Below, in pieces: positions 53,089-64,000 of a stretch of 64,000 nt of DNA. A program made the position numbers and the translations under genes. Source of the stretch: the human T2T-CHM13v2.0 reference genome, Homo sapiens. Within the stretch, counting starts at the first letter, position 1. Every line of letters begins with the position of its first letter. The notes beneath the pieces are model-generated. The model worked only from the letters and a program-made list of their open reading frames with translations, made no database searches and had not been told where the DNA came from. The DNA lies in assembly GCF_009914755.1 (NCBI RefSeq), contig NC_060928.1; one strand, given 5' to 3'.

Positions 53089-54317
53089 GCAGAGATAATT
53101 GGCAAGCCACATGTAGAAGAATAAAACTGGATCCTCATTTCTCACCTTACACAAAAATCAACTCTAGATGAATCAAAGTCTTAAATCTAAGACCTGAAAC
53201 CATAAAAACTGTGGAAGATAACACTGAACAAAACCCTTCTAGATATTGGCTTAGACAACGACTTCATGACCAAGAATCCAAGAGCAAATGCAACAAAAAC
53301 AAAGATAAATAAATGAGAATTTATTAAGCTAAAAAAGCTTCTGCATAGCAAAATAAATAATCAACAGAGTAAACAAACAACCCAGCGTGGGAGAAAATCT
53401 TTGCAAACTATGCATCCAACAAAGGACTAATATCTATAATCTACAAGAAACTCAAATCAGCAAGAACAAAATGAACAATCCCATCAAAAAGTGGGCTAAG
53501 GACATGCATACACAATTCTAAAAAGAAGATATACAAGTAACCAACAAACATATGAAAAAATACTCAATATCACCAATTATCAGGGAAATTCAAATCAAAA
53601 CAACAATGCAATATCATCTTATTCCTGCAAAAATGGCCATAATTAAAAAATCAATAATAGATGTTGATGTGGATGTGAGGAAAAGGGAACACTTTTACAC
53701 TACTGGTGGGAATGTAAAGTAGTATAACCACTATGGAAAACAGTGTGGATATTCCTTAAAGAACTAAAAGTGGATCTACCATTTGATCCACCAATCCCAC
53801 TACTGGGTATCTACCCAAAGGAAAAGAAGTCATTATATAAAAAAGACACTTGTATACGCATGTTTATAGCAGCACAATTTGCAATTGCAAAAATATGGAA
53901 CCAGCCCAAATGCCCATCAATCAATGAGTGGATAAAGAAAATACGGTATGTATGTACCATAGAATACTACTCAGCCATAAAAAGGAACAAAATAATGTCA
54001 TTCTCAGCAACCTGGATGGAGTTGGAGATCATTATTCTATGTGAAGTAACTCAGGAATGAAAAACCAAACATCATATGTTCTCACTTATAAGTGGAAGTT
54101 AGCTATGAGGACACAAAGGTATAAGAATGACACAATGAACTTTGAGAATTCGGGGGAAGGTGGGAGGGGGCTGAGGGATGAAAGACTACACATTGGGTAC
54201 AGTGTACACTGCTCGGGTGATGGGTGCACCAAAATCTCAGAAATCACCGCTAAAGAGCTTATCCATATAACCAAAAACCACCTGTTCTCCAAAAACCTAT
54301 TAAAATAAAGAAAAAAT
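53089..54317 (+). mobile_element. 5'-truncated L1PB (PB1/PB2-like)
   Basis: [21 protein letters not shown] peptide; 3'UTR aagactacacattgggtacagtgtacactgctcgggtgatgggtgcaccaaaatctcag. Confidence 0.85.
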
Positions 54318-54334
54318 AACTCCTTGCCAATAAG

Positions 54335-54498
54335 ATTATTATATTATATAGTATACATAATTATTATATTATAAATTATATATTACATTATTGCATATTA
54401 TATAGTCTATAACAATACAATTCATAACTATATAATTATTACTTTAATAACTAAATTCTATATAATTATGCTATTAATTTATAATAATTATATTATTA
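54335..54498. repeat. AT-rich low-complexity tract
   Basis: Almost pure ATT/ATA degenerate repeats. Confidence 0.85.
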
Positions 54499-55379
54499 CT
54501 TCCCCCACCAAAAAAATGAGGGGCTAAACATTGATCATTGTGGAAACTGGGTGATGGGTGCATGAAGCTTTACTATACACTGTTCTCCCTTCTTTTGTAT
54601 GTGTTCTCTAATAAAAAGAAATAAAAACAAAAAAATGGGCAAATGATATGAACTTGAAAGTTAAAAAATTTTAAAGAAAAAAATCTGAATAGGCATTTCT
54701 CAAAAGAAGACATACAAGTGGCCAATGGGCATATGAAAAGTGCTCAACACATTAATCATCAGAGGAATGTGAATCAAAACAATGAGATATCATTTCACCC
54801 CAGTTAAAATGGTTTTTATCAAAAGGACAGGCAATAACAGATACTGGCAAGGATATGGAGAAAAGGGAACTCTCATATGCTGTTGGTGGGAATGTAAATT
54901 AGTATAACCACAATGGAGAACAGTATGGAGGTTTCTCACAAAGCTAAAAATAGAGCAACCATATGATCCAGCAATCCCATCACTTGGGATATATCCAAAA
55001 GAATGGAAATCAGTATATGGAAGAGATGTCTGCACTCTCATGTTTATTGCAGCAGTATTCACAATAGCCAAGATATGGAGTCATCAAGTGTTCATCAAGA
55101 GATAAATGGATAAAGAAAATGTGGTACATATACACAATAAAATATTATTCAGCCATAACAAAGAATAAAATCCTGGCATTTGCAACAATATGGATGGAAC
55201 TGGAGGACACTGTGTTAAGTGAAATAAGCCAGGCACAGAAAGATACATACTGCATGTACTCACTTATATATAGGACGTAAAAAAAATGAACTCATGGAGA
55301 GAGAGTAAAATGATGCTCATCAGAGCATCATTGAATATGATCAGTAAAGGTGAATTTATTATTTGTACCTTTGCTTAAT

Positions 55380-55600
55380 TGTTCTGACAGTTTAAAAGTT
55401 TTCTTATATTTCACTTAAATTTCCCTGCTGTAGTTGAAGTTCATTACTTCCTGTTCTGCTCTCATTGGCTAATAAGAATTGGTCCCTGTCCTCCTGATAA
55501 CATCCCTTAACATATTTTCAGAAGCTATCATACCTCCCCTTAGCCTTTTTGTCTCCATACTGGGAAATTCTCAGCTCTACTATCCTTTCATCATATATCC
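55380..55600 (-). mobile_element. L3/CR1 fragment
   Basis: ttttcttatatttcacttaaatttccctgctgtag...cattacttcctgttctg...ccccttagcctttttgtctcca resembles the antisense CR1 3' region. Confidence 0.6.
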
Positions 55601-56977
55601 TATCCTTCCTGAATTTCTCATATTTTGAGGCTTATATTTGAACTTAGATAGGTTTGTTCATAAAGAGAAAAATTACATTTAAAATTTTATAATTGCCTGA
55701 AAATGAAAAAAAAAAGTTCCATGTATTATTTACCTAATTTGTTAGAAAGTAAGCATGCAGTTCTATTGGGGAAATTGGGTTTGCTAAAAGTTAATTCTTA
55801 TTACCAGTTTCATAAAAAAACTATGTCAAATTATCATTTTTTCTGCATTTATTAAAGAAGGAAACTTCAAGGGTCTGACATTTCTTGCAAACTTGTGTAT
55901 GTGCACTCATCTCGGTACAGTTCATGTGCAAAGTGTATTTTTCCGAGAAAATATATTTATAGCTTTCTTGGTGGAGCACTGCCTACCCTAGGAAGAAAAA
56001 AAATCTGACTGGATTCTAGTCCTAGGATAAAATTAAAGTGGGTAGACACTAATGTATCTGTTTACCTTTTCTGTTACACAATATTTTTTTGCAAATGACA
56101 TAACTCATATATCAGTGTATTTTAAGTAGAGTAATATTTATGATTGCAGCCTGAGAATTTTTCAAGAAATTTGAAATCAGTATTGTCTTGTGAACAGAGA
56201 CTTCTTTCTTAGCATTATTTTCAATGTGTTTTTATCCCCCTCAGAGGATTCTGCACATCCTCACTTGGGCTTTGATTCAGAGCATCCTCTGTCAGTTATA
56301 ATGTTGGCAGCTATATGGCCAGCTGTTCTTAGCCACTCTCAAGTGTGTAATACACAGCCCTCACATATGTGAGATCTCCTTGTAACAAGCCAGAAATTGT
56401 CCTTAAAGAGTACTCCTAAGGAAGTAGTCAAAGGAGAGAAGAACTGTGCTTCCAAGCATGTTCTTAGATTTTTCCCTCTACAGATATGGCCCCTAAGGCT
56501 CTCCATCTATCTTAGAACATTCTCCATGCGTATCATTTAGCAGCAGAAATACCATCAGCAATATACAATAGGGAAATAATCTCAGTAAGAAAGAGGACAT
56601 CGGCAGTCCAGAGACTAAGACCATGAGATATAAGATACATTTAGATAAAACATGCTTGCAAAAAGAAATAAAGACCTTTGTATGCAACACCAATTATCCT
56701 TTTCTTCAGACCCTTTTGACATCCCTGTTCCAGGTTTCCATGTGTTCAGACCAAATTCACACAGATGTAACTGGATGCTGCCTCGTCTTCAGCCCCTTCC
56801 CTTCCCCTCTGGCTTCCCACCCAAGGGCGGCCTTGCTGGTGATACCACAGGGCTCCATTCAGCTCCTATGCCCAGCATGCACAACCTGGTGGTATGGGGG
56901 AGTTATTACATCATGGGGTAAAGCTTACTAATTGCTAAGAAGGCCTAGTAGATCAATTATTTTTGTTTTTTGCCTTC

Positions 56978-57334
56978 GGTATTAGTCTGTTCTCATGCTG
57001 CCAATAAAGACATACACAAGACTGGGTAATTTATAAAGAATAAAAGGTTTAATGGACTCACAATTCCACATGGCTGGGGAGGCCTCACAATTATGGCAGA
57101 GGGTGAAGCAGAAGCAAGACATGTCTTACATGGCAACAGACAAGAGAGCTTGTGCAAGGGAACTCCCATTTATGAAACTAACAGATCTCATGAGACTTAT
57201 TCACTACCACGAGAACAGTATGGGGGATCCACCACCAAAACTCAATTTTCTCCACCTGGCCCCACCCTTGACATGTGGGGATTATTACAATTCAAGGTGA
57301 GATATGGGTGGGGACACAAAGCCAAACCTTATTA
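56978..57334 (-). mobile_element. THE1 (THE1C-like) MaLR solo LTR
   Basis: gtattagtctgttctcatgctg...gggtggggacacaaagccaaacc; 5-bp TSD CCTTC at 56973-56977 and 57335-57339; probably inside an older ERVL LTR ending ~57552. Confidence 0.9.
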
Positions 57335-58130
57335 CCTTCCCTCTCCAGGATTGTCCGGAGATATAGTTACAGTCATTTCCATGGTGTAACACTACAGTCA
57401 GCTCAATACCACAGCCCCATTTGGGCTCTACCTCTTTTCTTGAATTTTTTTTACTGTTGTTCTTCACTTCTAGTCCCTGGAATTGTCTTTCCTATAAAAT
57501 AAGAGCACATTAGACTGTTTGGGCTCTTCTTTCTGGGAAAATCAGGCTAAAAAGTTCTCTTAGAACTTTTGACCAGGGATACATAACAGAAAAGCCCAAG
57601 CATTTATTGTAATTTCTCCCGTATTATGACTTTTTGATACAAACTTCCCAAATTACAGAGACCTGTATCTCCTATTCTGACCAGTAAAGATAACATATTG
57701 AACATGGTGAAAATATCTAATGATAATTCGACAAATATTACTTCGCTCCTAGAATATCTCAAATAATCTGCTATAGTCTGGATTTCTGTCCACAAAATGA
57801 GGATTAAAAAATTTATATAATACAAAATGTTAGCTAACTAATCTTAAGAATTTCCCTCTCAACTTCTGAAACAATGATATATCTAGGTGGAATGAACTTT
57901 ACTAATCTGAGGTAATAGAACTAAGAGGAATAAAATGTAATTGAATATCAACTCTAAACCCCAAAAATCTTGTTAAAGAGGTAATTCCCTTGGAGAGTCT
58001 TCAGAGACCCCATAAGACAATAAAACTAGAATGACTGCAAACCAAGATTCTACTGAAAACAAATGCTTTAAAAATAGGTGCTATAATTTGAATGTTTATG
58101 TCTGTTCCAAAATTTACATGTTGAAACTTA

Positions 58131-60076
58131 TTGTGAAAATGGCTTTATTGCCCAAAGTAATTTATAGATTCAATTATATCCATCAAGCTACTACTGACTT
58201 TTCTCACAGAATTAGAAAAATCTACTTTAAATTTCATATGGAACCAAAAAAGAGCCTGTATAGCCAAGACAATCCTAAGCAAAAAGAACAAAACTGGAGA
58301 TACCATGCTACCTGACTTCAAACTATACTACAAGGATACAGTAACCAAAACAGCAAGGTACTGGTATCAAAGCAGATATATAAACCAATGGAACAGAACA
58401 GAGGCCTCAGAAATAACACCACACATCTACAAACATCTAGTCATTGACAAACCTGACAAAAAGCAAGAAATGGGGAAAGGATTCCCTATTTAATAAATGG
58501 TGCTGGGAAAACTGGCTGGCCATATGTAGAAAGGTGAAACTGGACCCTCCTTACACCTTATACAAAAATTAACTCAAGATGGATTAAAGACTTAATGTAA
58601 GACCTAAAACCATAAAAACCCTAGAAGAAAACCTAGGCAATACCATCCAGGACACAGGCATAGGTAAAGACTTCGTGACTAAAACACCAAAGCAATTGCA
58701 ACAAAAGCCAAAATTGACAAATGGGATCCAGTTAAACTAAAGAGTTTCTGCACAGCAAAAGAACCTAACATCAGAGTAAACAGGCAACCTACAGAATGGG
58801 AGAAAATTTTTACAATCTGTCCATCTGAGAAAGGGCTAATATCCAGAATCTACAAGGAACTTAAACAATTTTACAAGAAAAAAGCAACCCTATCAAAAAG
58901 TGGGCAAATATTATGAGCAGACACTTCTCAAAAGAAGACATTTATGTGGCCAACAAACATACTAAAGAAAGCTTATCATCACTGGTAATTAGAGAAATGC
59001 AAATCGAAACCGCAATGAGGTACCATCTCATGCCAGTTAGAATGGTGATCATTAAAAGGTCAGGAAACAGGCCAGGTGCGGTGGCTTATGCCTGTAACAG
59101 CAGCACTTTGGGAGTCAGAGGCAGGCGGATCACCTGAGGTCAGGAGTTCAAGACCAGCCTGACCAACTTGGTGAAACCCCATCTCTACTAAAAATACAAA
59201 AATTAGCCGGGCACAGTAGCATGCACCTGTAATCCCAGCTACTCCGGAGGCTGAGGCAGGGAGAATTGCTTGAACCTGGGAAGCAAAGGTTGCAGTGAGC
59301 CAAGATCGCACCACTGCACTCCAGCCTGGGTGACAGAGCGAGACTGTGTCTTAAAGAAAAAGAAAAAAAGTCAGGAAACACAGATGCTGGAGAAGATGTA
59401 GAGAAATAGGAATGCTTTTACACTGTTGGTGGGAGTGTAAATTAGTTCAATCATTGTGTAACAGTGGAAGACAGTGTGGTAATTCCTCAAGGATCTAGAA
59501 CCAGAAATACCATTTGACCTAGTAATTCCATTACTAGATATATACCCAAAGGATTATAAATTATTTTACTATAAAGATGCATGCACACATATGTTTATTG
59601 CAGCACTATTTACAATAGCAAAGACTTGGAACCAACCCAAATGCCGATCAATGATGGACTGGATAAAGAAAATGTGGCACATATATACCATAGAATACCA
59701 TGCAGCCATAAAAAGAATGAGTTCATGTCCTTTGCAGGGACATGAATGAAGCTGGAAACCATCATTCTCAGCAAACTAACACAGGAACAGAAAAACAAAC
59801 ACCACATATTCTCAATAATTAGTGGGAGTTGAACAATGAGAATACATGGACACAGGGAGAAGAACTTCACACATGGGGCCTGTTGGGGGTGGAGAGCAAT
59901 GGGAGGGATAGCATTAGGACAAATACCTAATGCATGGGGGGCTTAAAACCCAAATGACAGGTTGATGGGTGCAGCAAACCACCATGGCATATGTATACCT
60001 ATGTAACAAACCTGCACATTCTGCACATGTATCCCAGAACTTGAAGTATAATGAAAAAAAAAAAAAAGAAGAGGAA
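58131..60076 (+). mobile_element. 5'-truncated L1PA8-like element
   Basis: ORF2 3' part; 3'UTR ggacaaatacctaatgcatgg..gcttaaaacc; TSD GAAACTTA at 58123-58130 and 60077-60084. Confidence 0.88.
59070..59369 (+). mobile_element. AluSx-like element
   Basis: Full dimer; TSD gtcaggaaaca at 59059-59069 and 59370-59380. Confidence 0.93.
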
Positions 60077-61909
60077 GAAACTTAATCACCAAGGTGATAT
60101 ATTAGAAGTTGGGGACTTCAGGAGATGATTAGATCATGAGGGCTCTGTCATTATGAATGGGATTAATGCCTTATAAAAGAGGCATCATCTGATGCCACTC
60201 CTTTGCCCTTCCACCTTCTGTCATGTGAGTACACAGAAACAGTGCCATGTTGAAGAAGAGAGGGAAGCCCTCACCAGACACAAAGCCTGTCAGCACAGTG
60301 ATCTTGGACTTCTCAGCCTCTAGAGAGTAAGAAATAAATTTCTATTCTTTATAAATCACCCAGAGTCAGATATTTTGTTATAGAAGCACAAATTTACTAA
60401 GACAATAGGAACACAAGAAAATGAAAGTTCCTCAGACAGTAATGACATGAACAAGAAAAGTCAGCTATCTTTGAGAAGAAATGAAAAATAGAAGTGACAA
60501 CTAACTGTTTTTCTCATATCCTTATAGTATTAAGTAGAAAGAGAAAGGTATTAAGACAAAGTTACAGCTTATTCCAAATGCCTTTAGCTACAGCTAGTAT
60601 GTTGAGTGTTGTAAGGAGAAACTGCTTCGACTCTCAATTATTTGCTTATGTAGAGCCAACAAAGATATAGTCTATAAAAAGTGAGAATGATAGTCACTGT
60701 ATAAATATGAGTAACTGAAGCTTTCAAGGAATAAGCAAGTTTGTTTCCCAGGAAACCAGATTACATGGGTGCATGTCAGAGGATTTGCAAGAGCAATGAG
60801 GTGAAGTTAAGGACAAGGAGTACTACAGAAACAAGACTGATGAGGTCTACTTTGGAACTTGAACAGAAGGTATGAAAAAGTGGCTGGGGGCAGGGCACAT
60901 GAAAAGGGGAAGCAGTGGCTACAGAGTACAGAGGTCTGAAGTGGTTCTTAGACTTTTTCATTCTGCATTTTTCATTTGCTTAATATAGGGAGAAGAGTCA
61001 TGCATACTGGGCAAATAAGAATTGGTACTAGAAAAAAAAATGGGGCTTAAAGAAAACACCCAGAGATGGGTCTCTGAAAATACCTTGCATGATCATGGGA
61101 GATCTTCTTTCACGTGAGTTACCTTTCAGACATTAAGAAACTATATAATAAAAAGTGAGAGAAAGTTGTTAGTATAAGTAGGAAGAGGTGCTGCTTCCTT
61201 GACTGATAAGACACCTAGATAGGATGGCCATGCATTCTGGCATAAAGAAAATAAAGACAGGAAGAACAGAGATGAGAGGGAGAGTGATTCCGGAGATGGT
61301 GAAGTTCCCAGGTAGCATCAAAGTAGGCTAACCATCTAAATCAGCTTACTGGTTGGACTTGGAGCCCTATGACAGAGATACAGGCTCTAAAACCAACATT
61401 CAAAGGTGCTACATTGCCAGCGGACACCCTCAGAAACTTGTCTATTGCCCTTACATTAACTCCTATATAATAACACCAGCTGTACCCACAGCCTCCTATG
61501 CAAAGTACCCTGCTTTCCTCTTCATTGCTCCTGATATCACACATTGTCTTCACACCTGTTCATTATTTATTGAAATTAAACTTCTATTAAGATGAACATT
61601 GACAAACTTTGCCTGGTCACACATTTTTAAAGTGCATATGTATATACTTTGATACACACACACACACACACACAATGTATACATACACATAAAGACAAAT
61701 TTTTGAATATCCCATAGGAATAAGTCATATGTATCCTTGTCAGGGTCCATATCCAATCATAATAGGCAAACACCATTACGCACTACTAGAATGAAAAACA
61801 GAAGGCAGCTCTGACCACTTTCATCTAACACTGTTACTTGAACTTCTTATTTTAGGTTGGTAAGAGTTTTACTAAGAAACAACTTCATTTAAGTAAAAAT
61901 AAAATAAAC

Positions 61910-62578
61910 TTATTTTAAATGTACAGGGGATGAATTTTGACAAATACATGCACTGAAATAGCAATCCAGACAAGTAATAAAACATTATTATTGCCCCCCA
62001 AATTTCTCTAGTACTCTTTGAAATCAGGTTCCCATTTACACTCTGGCTACAGACAACTATGGTACTGATTTCCTTTTAGTAACAATGGGCTATATTTATC
62101 TTTCTATCGCATAAAATTGAATCATAAACTATCTTCTATTTTAGACTGGCTCTGTGAATCAGCACAATGACTTTGCTTCATCCATGTTATTGAGTATATC
62201 AGCAGTTCACTTCTTATTGCCAAATAGTATAAACAATATTGCATAATATTGATACTAATAGTATAAAATAGTATTCCACTGTATGGATATAACACAATTT
62301 GTCCATTAACCTGCTGATATATATTTGGAGTTGAACAAATTTGGAGCTACTATAAATAAAGCTTCTGTGTACATTAGTGTACAAGTCTTTGTGTGAACCT
62401 ATGTTTTCATTTCTCCTGAGCAAATTTCTACTGTTTGTCAAAGTAATTGTAACATTTGGGTTACCCACAATCAATGTGTAGAGTATCAGTTACATCACAT
62501 CCTCAGATAGACTTGACATTGTCAGTCTTGTTAATTTTAGCAATTCTAATGGAAATATTGTGGTAACTCGTTATTTTT
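61910..62578 (-). mobile_element. Old L1M (MB/MC/ME) 3' region
   Basis: gaattttgacaaatacatgcac...tagtattccactgtatggatataacacaatttgtcc...ttttagcaattctaat. Confidence 0.65.
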
Positions 62579-62581
62579 TTC

Positions 62582-62833
62582 AAATACCAAGTTTTCCTTT
62601 ATTAGTGGGAGCTAAATAATGTGTACGCATGAACAAAGAGGAGAATGACAGACATTGGAGACTTGGAAGTGGGGGAGGCGGTAAGAGAGAAATTGATAAG
62701 AAATTACATAATGGGTACAATGTACACTATTCAGATGGTAGATACAATAAAGCCAAGACTTCACCACTACACAACATATGCATATAACAACATTGCACTT
62801 GCACTAGCTTAAATTTATACAAATTAAAAAAAA
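62582..62833 (+). mobile_element. L1PB4-like 3' end
   Basis: gtgggagctaaataatgtgtac...aatgggtacaatgtacactattc...gacttcaccactac; A tail. Confidence 0.75.
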
Positions 62834-63194
62834 CTGAGAAGGCAAGGCGTTATCAATTATTTAGCCACCATACCTAAGCCAAACTTTGGAATTTGATGGG
62901 ACAACTACAGAATTTTGAAATAATTCATTCAAGTTTAGCACAAAGTAAAACTTAAAAGTCATAGACAGACAGTCCCCTGTCTTCATAAGCTTTGTTAAAG
63001 CCAAGGCATCTATAACAGTAGAAGCAAATATAGTAATTTCTGTGACTTTCCTAAGATTTTTTAAAAATCCTAACTTGGTAACTTTTTGAATTTGTACTGA
63101 TTATTTTCCTTTACTGTATATTTTGCATCAGAGAATTCATAATTCAAAGACCTAGAAGAGATATCTCTCTGCATTCTGTCTTACCACATATGCT

Positions 63195-63396
63195 TTTTTT
63201 AAAAAAAAAATTATACTTTAAGTTCCGGGATACAAGTGCAGAACGTGCAGGTTTGTTACACAGGTATATATGTGCCACGGTGGTTTGCTGCACCTATCAA
63301 CCCGTCATCTACGTTTTAAGCCCTGCGTGCATTAGGTATTTGTCCTAATGCTCTCCCTACATTTCCTCCCATCCTGCAAGAGGCCTGGTGTGAGAT
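63195..63396 (-). mobile_element. L1PA8/10-like 3' end
   Basis: ttatactttaagttccgggatac...gcattaggtatttgtcctaatgctctccc. Confidence 0.8.
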
Positions 63397-64000
63397 ACTA
63401 ATACTTTCTTTGTATTTTTTTGCCTCTTATATTGTTGGGATTTTAGGGCAGATATCTATTTTACAAGAGTGCTTGCCTGAGGAAAGGGAGCCCCAAAAGT
63501 GAGATTGGGGAAATTACCGGGAAAATAACAGAATGAATTAAAATGTGTTTATTGAAGCACCACTTTAGGCCCTCTAAACTTTTTCAGGATTCCTTATATA
63601 GTAAAATGGTAACGTGAATATAAGAAAACATGAAAGAGTTACACAGTCAAACCACAGGGAAACAGAAAACGAATAGTGTTTAACCTTAACTACCGAAAGC
63701 AGTGCAGAAATGGATAATATCACACAGGAAGTAAACATCATGTAAATATCTCTGAGAAATGCAAGAAAAGACTCCTGATAGCATCTGTCTTAGAGACATG
63801 TTGTTTCCCACCAAAAGCAATGGGCTTTTAAAAACTCTCTCACTACAATACAGAGAAGTCATTTACAAGTTTTTGCAGCAGACATATTGCAGAATTCAAA
63901 GATAGTAAAACCATTATCGACTACAAAAATATGTATGTATAAAAGCAAGTAAAATTTTTTTGACATCAGCAAACATTTTATTTATTTGTATGTCTCTTAA

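Larger units (their letters stand above)
58079..60404 (+). mobile_element. MLT1A-type MaLR solo LTR split by L1PA8
   Basis: tgctataatttgaatgttt... to ...actaagaca; perfect TSD ATAGG at 58074-58078 and 60405-60409; LTR sequence at 58079-58130 and 60085-60404. Confidence 0.88.

Overview
Human genomic DNA (it contains a human-specific L1HS-Ta insertion). The window is AT-rich and repeat-dense, and looks intergenic or deep intronic. I could not identify a cellular protein-coding exon, RNA gene or CpG-island promoter; nearly all long ORFs come from L1, Alu or LTR sequence. Main elements: (1) a full-length L1PA2 (31933-37958, +, 10-bp TSD) with broken ORF1/ORF2 but an intact 71-aa antisense ORF0. 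(2) A ~10-kb nested L1 stack (45060-55325): an old L1MA hosts an L1PA4, which hosts a young L1HS-Ta with a twin-priming 5' inversion. The same L1MA also hosts a fused AluY/AluS pair and an L1PB with an apparent ancient 3' transduction. (3) A decayed LTR16/ERV3-16A3-type provirus (~13.2-16.05 kb). (4) An MLT1A>L1PA8>AluS nest with all TSDs readable. (5) Many local non-retrotransposition copy events: a 50-bp dispersed doublet, a 44-bp perfect tandem duplication, a ~230-bp Alu+flank templated insertion and several template-switch hairpins. Subfamily names are from recalled consensus diagnostics and need Dfam/RepeatMasker confirmation; boundaries of old elements are approximate.
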